Shown: positions 9,830 to 18,955 of the stretch, in pieces
Position numbering within the stretch: the first letter of the stretch is position 1
How the letters are laid out: the number at the start of each line of letters is the position of its first letter
Origin: a bacterium
GTDB lineage: Bacteria; Patescibacteriota; Minisyncoccia; Phycocordibacterales; JAGLPS01
Assembly (NCBI GenBank): GCA_030690305.1
Contig: JAUYHB010000027.1
Span: 79,670 to 143,669, forward strand
DNA: 64,000 bases
Direction: 5' to 3'
The notes under the pieces: generated by a model
The model's database searches: none
The model's input: the letters and a program-made list of their open reading frames with translations, nothing else
Told to the model about the DNA's origin: nothing
Made by a program: the position numbers and the translations under genes

Positions 9830-10873
9830 CTATCTATGCTCAAAATTATCGGCATCTCTGTTATTCCACAGCAACACAGTTAACGGCAAGTGATCAGAGG
9901 CATATGCGCCATATAACCAAATCCCTTTATTTTCCCTACCCTTAATCTTCTTAGGAATTTTAACTCCCTGTGGCGTTTGCAAATCCTCTTCCCACGCTCT
10001 ATGCACATGCGCCGAGTCTGGAACGATATCCTCATCGCTATAAATGTCCTGATACCACATCGTGTCATATTGGCTCTTGGATAGCCTGCCCCTCGCCTTA
10101 TCAAGTGTTGTCACGTCTTTCGATATTAAGACGTGCTTTATGTTGGGCAGACTTTTAAAAGAGTCCCACTCTTTCTTGTCTACGTTCGTATTGAAGTCGC
10201 CCATGAGGAAAACGTCATTTTGGCTCTCGTCTGAATCCTGTACCGTCTTGTATACGAAAACAAGTCTTCCTATTTCGTCTTTTCTCCATTGTGCGGCGGG
10301 CGAAGCGGCATGAATGGTAATAATGGTAAAGTCGAAATTGCCGTCTTTTGCTCTAAATGAGGCAATAAAAGGCTCTCTGTCAAACTGCCTTTCTTGATCG
10401 TTCAATCCGGACATTTTATTTTCAGATTCATTCCACACATGGGCCGAATCTTTAACAAGTTCAATTTTTGACTTTCTGTAAAGGAAAGCATAATACTCGA
10501 AGGTACTGAATGCCTTGCTTTTTTCAGCGTTTGCCGTTCCATTCGGCTCGGGACTGACAACATAGTCCCAATCTTCACCGAGATGAGCAACTATCTCCTG
10601 CAAGGCTTCTATACCCTTTCCGCCTAAAGGGTTATTTTTTGTGGCGCCGGTATTCATGACTTCTTGAATCGCAACGATGTCATAATTCTTGAGGATTATT
10701 GCTGCATTTTTCACTTGATACGGATTGTCTTTGCCGAGCTTCTCGATGTTAAAGGTGCCGATCCGGATTTGAGTAGTTGAGCTAAGGGAAACAGAAGGAT
10801 CAGAGTAGCAAACAGTATTTGGAGAAACAAAAAGGAGGGCAAGGAAAATGATCGTGCATATAAATTTACGCAT
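9830..10873 (-). CDS. Secreted endonuclease/exonuclease/phosphatase (EEP, DNase I-like) family protein
   Basis: N-terminal signal peptide MRKFICTIIFLALLFVSPNTVC. EEP motifs IRIGTFNIEKLG and YDIVAIQEV. Confidence 0.6.
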   Translation of the reverse strand: MRKFICTIIFLALLFVSPNTVCYSDPSVSLSSTTQIRIGTFNIEKLGKDNPYQVKNAAIILKNYDIVAIQEVMNTGATKNNPLGGKGIEALQEIVAHLGEDWDYVVSPEPNGTANAEKSKAFSTFEYYAFLYRKSKIELVKDSAHVWNESENKMSGLNDQERQFDREPFIASFRAKDGNFDFTIITIHAASPAAQWRKDEIGRLVFVYKTVQDSDESQNDVFLMGDFNTNVDKKEWDSFKSLPNIKHVLISKDVTTLDKARGRLSKSQYDTMWYQDIYSDEDIVPDSAHVHRAWEEDLQTPQGVKIPKKIKGRENKGIWLYGAYASDHLPLTVLLWNNRDADNFEHR

Positions 10874-10887
10874 ACGAACAAAATCTT

Positions 10888-11484
10888 TCAGACTCTATTA
10901 TCCAGCCAGACATCATTAACCACATTGAACAGTTCCTGATTGTCGTAATCCGCAGGCAACACATTCTCCGCGAGTTTATTAAACAGGTTGTATCCCTCTT
11001 TATAAAATCCGTTGGCAATCAGTTCCGAACAAATCAATCTCTTTCGGCTATTAAAAATGTTCCTCATATAAAGCAAAATTTTCCCCAGCCATGCGGCAAT
11101 GGGAAACCATAGGAGCTGGAGCTTGTCATAAGGGATATTATTCATGGTTGCCCACCACAACGTTACTTTAATCCTGTCATTGTCATCAATGTAGTTTTTT
11201 CTGACAACTCTTATTTCAATACCTTTATCCACGTAATCTTTCTGTAAATTGCAAACCCTTGACTGTGGGATTTGACCTTCAACCAAATCATACCCGCCCA
11301 TGCTTCCCGCAACATGAGTCCATTTGCTGCTTTCGCCGTAACCAAGCTTATGTTGAACCACAATGGTTGCTTTCGTGCCGCTCGCCACCAATATCACGTC
11401 GCCTATTTTGATTTTGTTGGGATCAATCTGTTTCTTGGAGATATTATCTTGCGACATAAGCCCTCTTTCCCACCCACAAAACAA
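10888..11484 (-). CDS. LRAT/NlpC-P60 superfamily (H-box / NCEHF-like) protein
   Basis: GDVILV resembles LRAT GDLI. It is followed by His in WTHVAG and Cys in RLICSELIANGF, resembling the NCEHF motif. Confidence 0.4.
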   Translation of the reverse strand: MFCGWERGLMSQDNISKKQIDPNKIKIGDVILVASGTKATIVVQHKLGYGESSKWTHVAGSMGGYDLVEGQIPQSRVCNLQKDYVDKGIEIRVVRKNYIDDNDRIKVTLWWATMNNIPYDKLQLLWFPIAAWLGKILLYMRNIFNSRKRLICSELIANGFYKEGYNLFNKLAENVLPADYDNQELFNVVNDVWLDNRV

Positions 11485-11625
11485 AAAACCCTCGCCTCTA
11501 AGGACGAAGGTTTGAGTTATTTTAACGTGGCAGTTCCCCCTTCAAACGTACCGCACCCGCTTTTCATTAAGCATTTTTATACACCTAAACACTCCTGAAA
11601 TCAATGATTTTCAGAAAAGCATGTC

Positions 11626-11796
11626 TACTTCATCAGCTTAAGGATCGCTTCGATATCACGGATGGCGATTTCAACGCTTTTGTCCGAGACCTTTTTCCCT
11701 GCCATGAAGCTATTAAGGACAGTCAGAGGCATTGTAAGTTTATTTCTAATCTCTGCTTCCAGTTCCTGTTTTTTTGAAAATTTTGGTTTGGTCATA
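11626..11796 (-). CDS. Possible small ORF (~56 aa), approximate coordinates
   Basis: Manual translation gives MTKPKFSKKQELEAEIRNKLTMPLTVLNSFMAGKKVSDKSVEIAIRDIEAILKLMK. It lies in the intergenic gap and is below the 60-aa track cutoff. Confidence 0.2.
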
Positions 11797-11844
11797 TTTT
11801 TTCTACGGTCATCCTACAATAAATTCCATGAAAAGACGACAACT

Positions 11845-14298
11845 TTATGTCAATCTTATTTTAAGGCCTACAACACAAAATCCCAGCATCCCTAAGACGA
11901 ACAGGACAGCTGTTGACGGTTCTGGAACAACTGAAGAGTCAATGGTTTCCTCAAATCGGTAAAGATTGATATTCCCAATTTGAGCTCGGTGCCCTTTTTC
12001 ATCGCTATCATAAAGAAAGGTCAACCACTGATTGGTTCCGGCATATTGAGAGACGTTGATCGGCGGTGATGAAAGAAACTCATTCGAATTTCTAGGGAAT
12101 GAACCACCATCAAAACCAAACAACGGATCAAGTCCGACAAAAAACCAGAGTTCGTCTTCCGGCAAGGGGTTCTCGAGCAAAAAAGCAAATGACAATGATT
12201 GACTATCTATAGGGAATGAATATTCTCTGAATAGAAATACTGGTGAGGCTGTTGCCATATGGTAATAACCATCTAGAAAATACACGTCTCCTTTTTTGAG
12301 CCAGAAATCAAACGCTCCTATGTCCACCTTCGCTGTATGCCCGGATGTCGGTCTTGTAGAAGCATCCCAAGGTAAAAGTGTATATACTGACAACGGATCT
12401 TGAAGATCATCTTCTTTAACTAAAAATGGATCATTCTGTCCCAATTCCCGACGAACAGTATCTATACTTTGTCCCTGAATACGCGGAGCAGGATTAAGCA
12501 CCTTTGACCATGCGGCTCCTACATCTGAAATTGGCATTCCATTGGATTTACTGAGTGTCCCCATCTCAATCTTATTAAAGGGATTGTGTAAATCATCATC
12601 CACTCCAAAATACCAATTAAAAGGATAACCATGATTAAACACATCTCCCAAATGAGATGTGGGAGGAAAACCTTTAGTATCTATATTAACAATGTCTCCA
12701 CCGCTTTCTACGTCTACATCCAAGAAATAATTTTTTCCAAAAGATGTTGGGTAGTTATCTATCCAAATTCCTTTTCCCAAAGCGTTCTTTTCTATCCAAC
12801 CGTCTAATTTAAGTTCAGTTAAAGAATAGGGTTGCCCTCCATCCGGCGCATCAAAGAGAGTAATCTGATCAACGTCATATCCATAACCATCAAGCAAATA
12901 TCCTCCAAAAGAAACTACACCGCCTCCATTGCTATGCCCAATCAAGTGTATCGGCGGCTGACCATTAATTTTTCCTAAAACTGTACCACTTTCTGCAAAA
13001 GTAGTCTCCAGCGCTCTCGCCATGAGCCTTCCCTCTTTCCACACTAAATTTCCCGGCCATGGTTTTTCTGTTATTGGATCTTGTCCTTGCGGAAAGGGTT
13101 GGCTTGGAGGTCCATAAGTCGTTGATGCAACGTCCATCCAATTCCAAGCCAAGACGTTAATATCTTTTCGATAATTTAGCGTCCCCGTAATAGGATTCTC
13201 AACTGTGTCCCGTATCCAAGAGGGTAAGGAAGAGTTAATTAACGCGCCCGTCCCATCTTTTTTCACATTGTTTGGTTCCCACCCATGAACAAGGACAACC
13301 GTTGGCTTTGATGAGTCAAATCCGGCTGTTCCGGGTAAAAGAACCTTCTTTCCGCCTTGCTCCTGCATTGACCATAACCCATGAAGAGGAGGAGGTTCAA
13401 TTTCAGTAGGCCTATTGTTTTTGGAAACAATCGGCTCGCCGTTTTGTGGATCTACGGAACCCGTCGGATGTTCTTGCGGTGGCGGTTCCTCATCATCTGG
13501 CGGCGGCGGTTCCGTATCGCCTCCCCCGTCATCTGGAGGTGGCGAAGGAAGAGACACTATGGAGGCAGCGCCCCATGCGTTCCCCAGTCCGGAGCCATTG
13601 TAATCAAACATTGACGTCCCGAGCCCTGTGGTGGTATCAATCGAAAAAATACTCGTTCCTGCTGCCCCGTAGAGAATCCCATTATCAGGTGATGCCAAGC
13701 CGAAAACATTGTTGAACCCTGTCGGGCCAATGACTGTGCCAGCACCCGTGGATACATCAATCTCCCTCAAGAAACTTGCAAGTGAAAAGGGATTTGAACC
13801 CAAGGAGGCACTGTACAACTTTCCATTGTGAAATGCCAAATCTCCTGACATGGGAGACCCCGTATCGCCGATCAGGGTGCTGCTCGCCGTTAGTGGATCA
13901 ATCGTGTACAGACCTTTACTAGATCCCCCTGCATACAAGGTGCCGTCGTTTCCAAAGACAAGGGAATTTGCGCCCAGAATGCTATGGAACCCTAAAGGGG
14001 TGGCCGCCGCAGTTGTTGGGTCAACCCGCCATAGCTTATCGAAAGTAAGACCATAAAGATTTGCTGATGGATCAAAGGCAATATCCGTCAACTGAAAACC
14101 AGTGTTTCCAATCAGGTCAACCGTTCCATCCTCCACATCTACCTTCGCGAGATTCCCAAGTTCATCATCAAGATAGAGGAAGGTCGCAGCGTCTGCTCGA
14201 AGTTGCCCAACAAAAGGAAAATTACATACGAGAAAAAAGAATGTTAACCCTACTACAGAGAATGTAACAAAGCCCCTCCTGAATATACCCATTTCCAA
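11845..14298 (-). CDS. Secreted multidomain protein with beta-propeller-like repeats, a Pro/Asp/Glu-rich linker, an alpha/beta-hydrolase (GHSNG) lipase/esterase domain and a C-terminal PEP-CTERM sorting signal
   Basis: 817 aa with a signal peptide. GXSXG motif HLIGHSNGGGV. The C-terminus VVPEPSTAVLFVLGMLGFCVVGLKIRLT is a PEP motif plus TM helix plus basic tail. Confidence 0.55.
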   Translation of the reverse strand: MEMGIFRRGFVTFSVVGLTFFFLVCNFPFVGQLRADAATFLYLDDELGNLAKVDVEDGTVDLIGNTGFQLTDIAFDPSANLYGLTFDKLWRVDPTTAAATPLGFHSILGANSLVFGNDGTLYAGGSSKGLYTIDPLTASSTLIGDTGSPMSGDLAFHNGKLYSASLGSNPFSLASFLREIDVSTGAGTVIGPTGFNNVFGLASPDNGILYGAAGTSIFSIDTTTGLGTSMFDYNGSGLGNAWGAASIVSLPSPPPDDGGGDTEPPPPDDEEPPPQEHPTGSVDPQNGEPIVSKNNRPTEIEPPPLHGLWSMQEQGGKKVLLPGTAGFDSSKPTVVLVHGWEPNNVKKDGTGALINSSLPSWIRDTVENPITGTLNYRKDINVLAWNWMDVASTTYGPPSQPFPQGQDPITEKPWPGNLVWKEGRLMARALETTFAESGTVLGKINGQPPIHLIGHSNGGGVVSFGGYLLDGYGYDVDQITLFDAPDGGQPYSLTELKLDGWIEKNALGKGIWIDNYPTSFGKNYFLDVDVESGGDIVNIDTKGFPPTSHLGDVFNHGYPFNWYFGVDDDLHNPFNKIEMGTLSKSNGMPISDVGAAWSKVLNPAPRIQGQSIDTVRRELGQNDPFLVKEDDLQDPLSVYTLLPWDASTRPTSGHTAKVDIGAFDFWLKKGDVYFLDGYYHMATASPVFLFREYSFPIDSQSLSFAFLLENPLPEDELWFFVGLDPLFGFDGGSFPRNSNEFLSSPPINVSQYAGTNQWLTFLYDSDEKGHRAQIGNINLYRFEETIDSSVVPEPSTAVLFVLGMLGFCVVGLKIRLT

Positions 14299-14331
14299 CC
14301 GCCTTTCCTTTGTTTACCACGTTCGTTTTCT

Positions 14332-15075
14332 TTAAAACATCCCTCCCACTTGGACTGCCAATCTGTCCGCTATGGCCGCGCAGGCTTTCGCTCTGTCGAT
14401 GTTCGTCTGCTTTGCCGTGACCACGATGCGCGTCCTATATTCCTGATGTCCTGAATCAACTTGCCTCTCCGACGTAAAGCTGGTCGCGGAGCCGTAGGTG
14501 GTATTGGTCTTCATCATGCCTTTGACTCCCCCCTCGACTCTTTCTTTGATTTGAATGTCTACCGCGCCCAAATAGGTATCGACATGGATCATCGACCCCA
14601 CGACTCCGCCGATGACAGACCCCACAAGGGTGCCTGCCACTCCTCCGGCAACGGGGCCTCTCCAGCCGCCTCTGACATTGGAACCCGCCAACCCGCCGCC
14701 AAAGCCTCCGACAAGCATGCCCTCGGCGGTCAAGTCCTGCTTTTGCGCGCCCATATAAAGGAGATTGGCCTGAAGGATATGACCTGCTTTGCTCACATCG
14801 TTAGTTACGACATACCCTCGGGAGGAAATTTTGCTTTTTAACAGCTCCGCGAAGTCTATCTCCTGAAAATCCGAGGTATTGGTGACCCGGACAAAAATGC
14901 TGTTGTTCTTGGCGAGACTTTCGGGATCGATGAATATCGTCTCCGACATTTGTGCGGAGAGGGTCATCTGCCGGTTGCTTATCGCTTCTATGGTCCCGGC
15001 GCATCCGGAAAAAGTAACTGCTACAGAGACCAATAAAAAACATACGACTGCGAATCTCGGAATTTTGTAATACAT
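14332..15075 (-). CDS. traT: TraT complement-resistance / surface-exclusion lipoprotein homologue
   Basis: 247 aa with lipobox FSGC. It aligns by eye with F-plasmid TraT: QMSETIFIDPES vs QMSETIWLEP, ILQANLLYMGAQKQDL vs IQANVLKADKMDL, and the Gly-zipper segment YRTRIVVTAKQTNI vs YQTRVVSNANKVNL. Confidence 0.65.
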   Translation of the reverse strand: MYYKIPRFAVVCFLLVSVAVTFSGCAGTIEAISNRQMTLSAQMSETIFIDPESLAKNNSIFVRVTNTSDFQEIDFAELLKSKISSRGYVVTNDVSKAGHILQANLLYMGAQKQDLTAEGMLVGGFGGGLAGSNVRGGWRGPVAGGVAGTLVGSVIGGVVGSMIHVDTYLGAVDIQIKERVEGGVKGMMKTNTTYGSATSFTSERQVDSGHQEYRTRIVVTAKQTNIDRAKACAAIADRLAVQVGGMF

Positions 15076-15091
15076 TTCGCCTCCTTCGTTG

Positions 15092-15481
15092 TCACTTACC
15101 CTGTTCGGTAATATTATAATCTTGAACGATATCCCCTTGGAACGTGATAAACATCATTTGTAATGATTGGTTTGCATGATATATTCCCACCAGCGCGAAT
15201 ACATCAGAAAGGTGCGGGCGCATTTCCATATATTGATACATCCAAGTTTCGCCGACCGAGGATTGGCTTTTGGAATAAGGCTTACCGAACATGGTTAAAA
15301 TCTCATTTTTAGTGGTTACGCCTTTCTGGATCGCTGCGGCCCGGCTGATATCAAAATTCTTTCCTGCTGTTACGCAACCCCCGACAGATAAAACCATGAC
15401 CGACAGGAACGCTATAATCAAGGTTGATAGGACGGGATTAAGTGAATAACGAGCGTTATTAACAGGCACTACCTTCTTCAT
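15092..15481 (-). CDS. Small outer-membrane lipoprotein, BamE/SmpA-OmlA-like
   Basis: Start chosen at the internal MKKVVPVNN: it gives a signal peptide with lipobox SVGGC and avoids overlap with the upstream gene. KGVTTKNEILTMFGKPYSK resembles the BamE fold signature. Confidence 0.4.
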   Translation of the reverse strand: MKKVVPVNNARYSLNPVLSTLIIAFLSVMVLSVGGCVTAGKNFDISRAAAIQKGVTTKNEILTMFGKPYSKSQSSVGETWMYQYMEMRPHLSDVFALVGIYHANQSLQMMFITFQGDIVQDYNITEQGK

Positions 15482-15555
15482 AGCAAAGATCACCATAATC
15501 AATCTCCTTGTCGGCTTTACTGCTAAGCATCGAAAGCGACTGCCGTTTTGTCGCC

Positions 15556-16464
15556 TCAAGAGAGTTTCACTCGTTGTTCTTCGAGCCAGCCCTCCACGCA
15601 TTCGATCTTTTCGCGGATTCCTTGGATGTTCTCTTCCTCTTCATCAATCCATCCCTCAACCCGCTCACGAAATTCGTCATTCCAAGCTGTGTCGCGTTTC
15701 TCACGAAGTTCTTCCAAGTGAGTCTCTCTGTTCGCCAAAATTTCCAGAAGCCGTTCGAGCCGTTGTCGGAGATTCCCGATATTGTTTTCCGCGCGTTCTT
15801 TCCATGCCGCTCGCTTCGCTTCCCGTTCTTCCCGGATTTGGCAGCGGGCCTCATACGCTTCTTGCTGAGTTTCTTTCCAACGGGCCCATTGATTATCAAG
15901 AATCTCTTTTGCCTTGGAGAGCGCTTCAAATGCTTCCTGCTTGTGGTGTCCGAGCATTTCACTTTTGTACCGGGACAGCAGTCCCCATCCTTCGCGCAAC
16001 ACCTCCGAGCACGCATTGAGCATCTCCCTGTGTTCGTCCACAGGTGACCCGGGAAGCAACCGAGAAAACGCGGCACTGAACATATTAATCGGAGCGAGGA
16101 AGGCTCCCGCCAATCCTTCTTCAAAACCGCTTGGAGGTATGGCGGAATGCGCCCGAGCGATGATCTCGTCTCTATATCTTTCCGATATACCTCTCATGGA
16201 TTCCCGGAGCTGGTTTTCCTGAGATTGGATCTCTTTGACGCGGTCGATAAGGGATTGAAAACGGGTCCACGCCGCTTCTCTTTCCTCTCGACTCGGGTAA
16301 CGGCTTCCCTTGAACCCGGCTGCGATCGCGCGAATTTGTTCCCATACAGGTTTCCATTTCGTCCGAAGCGGAGCGGCATCCTCGACCGTAGTTTCCAGTT
16401 CATCAATCAACCCATCAAGCTCGCGACTGTCCATTCTTCCCCAAAAAAGTGGTTCGGTTAACAC
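15556..16464 (-). CDS. Coiled-coil hypothetical protein (302 aa), E/R/W-rich
   Basis: Long ORF, divergent from the XRE regulator. Heptad-like EExxR repeats. Confidence 0.4.
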   Translation of the reverse strand: MLTEPLFWGRMDSRELDGLIDELETTVEDAAPLRTKWKPVWEQIRAIAAGFKGSRYPSREEREAAWTRFQSLIDRVKEIQSQENQLRESMRGISERYRDEIIARAHSAIPPSGFEEGLAGAFLAPINMFSAAFSRLLPGSPVDEHREMLNACSEVLREGWGLLSRYKSEMLGHHKQEAFEALSKAKEILDNQWARWKETQQEAYEARCQIREEREAKRAAWKERAENNIGNLRQRLERLLEILANRETHLEELREKRDTAWNDEFRERVEGWIDEEEENIQGIREKIECVEGWLEEQRVKLS

Positions 16465-16500
16465 CTAGGCCTAACCGGTAATTTCTAAAAATAATACCAC

Positions 16501-16518
16501 TGACAGCCATAGCTGTCA
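16501..16518. promoter_or_regulatory. Perfect palindrome TGACAGC-CATA-GCTGTCA in the divergent intergenic region, likely an operator for the adjacent XRE regulator
   Basis: 7-bp perfect inverted repeat 2 nt upstream of the regulator ATG, between divergent genes. A -10-like CATAAT lies at 16529-16534. Confidence 0.35.
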
Positions 16519-16519
16519 A

Positions 16520-16765
16520 ATGATTTGGCATAATGACCCTATGCCGAAGGATATACGAGTCAGGTTCGCCAAGCACCTCAAACAACTGCGGGAGCGAAGA
16601 AAGTATACGATCTCTCAATTGGCTAAACGGTCGGGGGTAAGCAGGCAGCACATTCGAGATCTTGAGCTCGATGTGCCTCAGAAAAGGGTGACGATCGTTA
16701 CTCTTGAAAAACTCGCTAAGGGGCTGGGCGTTCCGATGTGGGAATTGCTTCGTTTGCGGGATTAA
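16520..16765 (+). CDS. XRE-family HTH transcriptional regulator
   Basis: 81 aa: YTISQLAKRSGVSRQHIRDLELD...LEKLAKGLGVPMWELL. An alternative start at 16541 (MPKDIRV) is possible. Confidence 0.55.
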   Translation: MIWHNDPMPKDIRVRFAKHLKQLRERRKYTISQLAKRSGVSRQHIRDLELDVPQKRVTIVTLEKLAKGLGVPMWELLRLRD

Positions 16766-16802
16766 TACCAGATTTAAAAAATTACTGCATCGAGGCCTAA
16801 AA

Positions 16803-17864
16803 CTATGTCTTCGGTTTTAAAGATGCCTCCACTAAAGTCAGAAATTTTTGCGCCCTTTTTGCGACAAATTCTTTATCAGTTATCGGTACTAGATAGTGTT
16901 CATTATTCGGCCCAAGAGAAAATAATACAAACTCAATACGCGTATGATTTGAGTCTGGAGACTCCAAATAAATGAAAAACTTGTCGTGAGTTGGAAACCC
17001 CAACATTCCATGGCGTGAAAGGTCCGTCGTCAATGTACCTGCCGTTTGGTCGCTTGCAATGACTTTATCGCCCCGAGATTTCAATGTACGTTCTACAGCC
17101 TGCCAAACCGTTTCATAGCTGCCCTCAAACACATGAGTATGAGAATCAAAGAATCGTGCTTCGGTATAAGGTTCAATCATAGCCACCAATTTTCTCGGAA
17201 GTCTGTATCGATTGGTTCCCCCTTCTCCACCATCGGCGGCTAATCTTTCTTTACCTCGTTTTTCAAATTGTTCCAGATTCTCGATTGAAACCTGCACTGC
17301 CCCATCCATGGGAGTATTCCGGGTGAGTTGAACTGACCAAACCCCGTTGCGTTTTACAGCTTCTCCTTTTAGGAGCTCACCGCCCTCTTTCCAGAGCGAC
17401 CACTCCTTCGACTCTTTGGGATAAAAAGCGCGTGTGCGGTAAGCTGAACAAGTGACATTAAAGGTGGCGTGATCTTCAATCCCGTTAAGACGATCCGCCT
17501 CAGACATTTCTACGAGAGATATGCCGATATTAAAATTCCGTATCTCCCAGAAATCGGCTTGTTCTCCAAACTTCGCAGGAATAGAACTTATAAACTGCAT
17601 ATTCCCGTCTTGACGCTTACTATGTGTCTCAAAATGTCTGAGCACAGCCCTTTCAGCGCCACTTTTGGCATCGAACGGATTAAATGCCTTAAATTCGGCC
17701 CAAGATTGTGGAAAATTATTGGAATCACAACCAATAAGATTGATTACAAAAAATCCCACAATCAAAATCCGAGACCAAGCTTGAACGGATTTGATTATTC
17801 CATTTGCCAATGTCACGCCCTCTCTCTTTACATCGCATATTGCCTCGAACTCTCCGATAAGCAC
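16803..17864 (-). CDS. Hypothetical lipoprotein
   Basis: 353-aa ORF. A signal peptide-like SVQAWSRILIVGFFVINLIGC (lipobox LIGC) suggests the true start is a downstream GTG/TTG near 17805. Confidence 0.4.
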   Translation of the reverse strand: MLIGEFEAICDVKREGVTLANGIIKSVQAWSRILIVGFFVINLIGCDSNNFPQSWAEFKAFNPFDAKSGAERAVLRHFETHSKRQDGNMQFISSIPAKFGEQADFWEIRNFNIGISLVEMSEADRLNGIEDHATFNVTCSAYRTRAFYPKESKEWSLWKEGGELLKGEAVKRNGVWSVQLTRNTPMDGAVQVSIENLEQFEKRGKERLAADGGEGGTNRYRLPRKLVAMIEPYTEARFFDSHTHVFEGSYETVWQAVERTLKSRGDKVIASDQTAGTLTTDLSRHGMLGFPTHDKFFIYLESPDSNHTRIEFVLFSLGPNNEHYLVPITDKEFVAKRAQKFLTLVEASLKPKT

Positions 17865-17893
17865 GGGGAGTCAACAAGAATGTTTGAAGGCAG

Positions 17894-18898
17894 TTAAATT
17901 AAATCAACCTCTTTAAAATTAACCTTCTCTTCTTCAATCTGATAAGTTAACAAGGCGATATCCAATTGATTCAAAATTCCCTTAATCCCTTTAATACCTT
18001 TTTCATCAGGGAGAACTAATATCTTCCGGGCTTTCTGATGCCCTGCAGCATGGAAAACCAGCTGACCTATGGCCGTATATATGCTTTGTCTGTCCAAGGA
18101 TGATTTTATTTCGTATATGCTTAATATTTGACCATCGGATAGGACTCCCAAATCAATATAACGATTATTGAATATTTCACACTTAGAAGATTGATGTTTC
18201 GTTCGAACATATTTTTCAAGCTCGTTCACGACGAAACCATGGTATGACTCATATTCAATATTACGATGAAGATTCGCTTTTCTTCTGCCAAACGATTCAG
18301 GCGAAAATCCTAATAAAATTTTCTTATCAATGCCTCTAAGGTGATCATTGTTCTTAACGGCCGCCTTAAAATTAGCGACCTCTTGGACAAAATTGTACAA
18401 ACTCCTAAGAAAATATTTCGAATTAAAAGAGGCGATCAATATGGCCTCCTCGATTTTACCCTGATTATCAATGATGTCGCACCGTTCTCCTCTATACCAA
18501 TCTATAAATGCATTTTTCCCTATTCCGGGACTTCCCCCTCCTATCTTTCCTCTGCTTAAAACATAACAATTCCCAGTCTCATCCTTGGCAAAAATCCCCG
18601 ACAATCTTTTTTCTACACCTTGCAATGGAATGTTGATTTCTACGGCGATAGTTTGCATTCCTTTTCTGCTCACTCCCAATCCGAATCCATTCCAATATCT
18701 TGGGATAGCGACATCTTTTTTCATTAAGATTTTCGTGGCAAACCAAAGTCTATCGTCATAATAAACCGTTTCTTGAAAATTCCCACCTGGATGTCCGATT
18801 ACCAATCTCTCGACGTTATTCAATTTGGTCTTGAGTATTTTCAACATTTCCTGCTGGCAATTCGCCAACTCGTTTCTATCAGAAATAACCTTTAACAT
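17894..18898 (-). CDS. Hypothetical protein with a C-terminal PD-(D/E)xK nuclease-like motif
   Basis: 334 aa. The C-terminus DLGVLSDGQILSIYEIKSSLDRQSIYTAIGQL shows a D...EIK...QxxY pattern. Confidence 0.35.
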   Translation of the reverse strand: MLKVISDRNELANCQQEMLKILKTKLNNVERLVIGHPGGNFQETVYYDDRLWFATKILMKKDVAIPRYWNGFGLGVSRKGMQTIAVEINIPLQGVEKRLSGIFAKDETGNCYVLSRGKIGGGSPGIGKNAFIDWYRGERCDIIDNQGKIEEAILIASFNSKYFLRSLYNFVQEVANFKAAVKNNDHLRGIDKKILLGFSPESFGRRKANLHRNIEYESYHGFVVNELEKYVRTKHQSSKCEIFNNRYIDLGVLSDGQILSIYEIKSSLDRQSIYTAIGQLVFHAAGHQKARKILVLPDEKGIKGIKGILNQLDIALLTYQIEEEKVNFKEVDLI

Positions 18899-18955
18899 AT
18901 CGCATCCAGTCGTATGTCCGTCGATTCTTCTTTATTTGAATTTTATAACTCTAAT

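Noticed and set aside
11272-11598. 108-aa plus-strand ORF
   Set aside because: Overlaps the 3' part of the LRAT-like minus-strand gene and the intergenic region; no SD, and an odd composition.
13381-13760. Several ORFs on both strands (e.g. 13415-13603 Gly/Ser/Pro-rich)
   Set aside because: They fall within the Pro/Asp/Glu-rich GC-biased linker of the 817-aa PEP-CTERM esterase gene and are repeat-driven shadow ORFs.
15092-15601. Longer 169-aa version of the BamE-like gene starting at 15601
   Set aside because: The upstream 40 residues are Arg-rich with no signal peptide and would overlap the preceding gene by 46 nt. The internal MKKVVP start gives a canonical lipoprotein signal.
15567-16124. 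185-aa minus-strand ORF (K/R-rich) in another frame
   Set aside because: Entirely nested inside the 302-aa coiled-coil ORF; low-complexity basic sequence typical of an off-frame E/R-rich gene.
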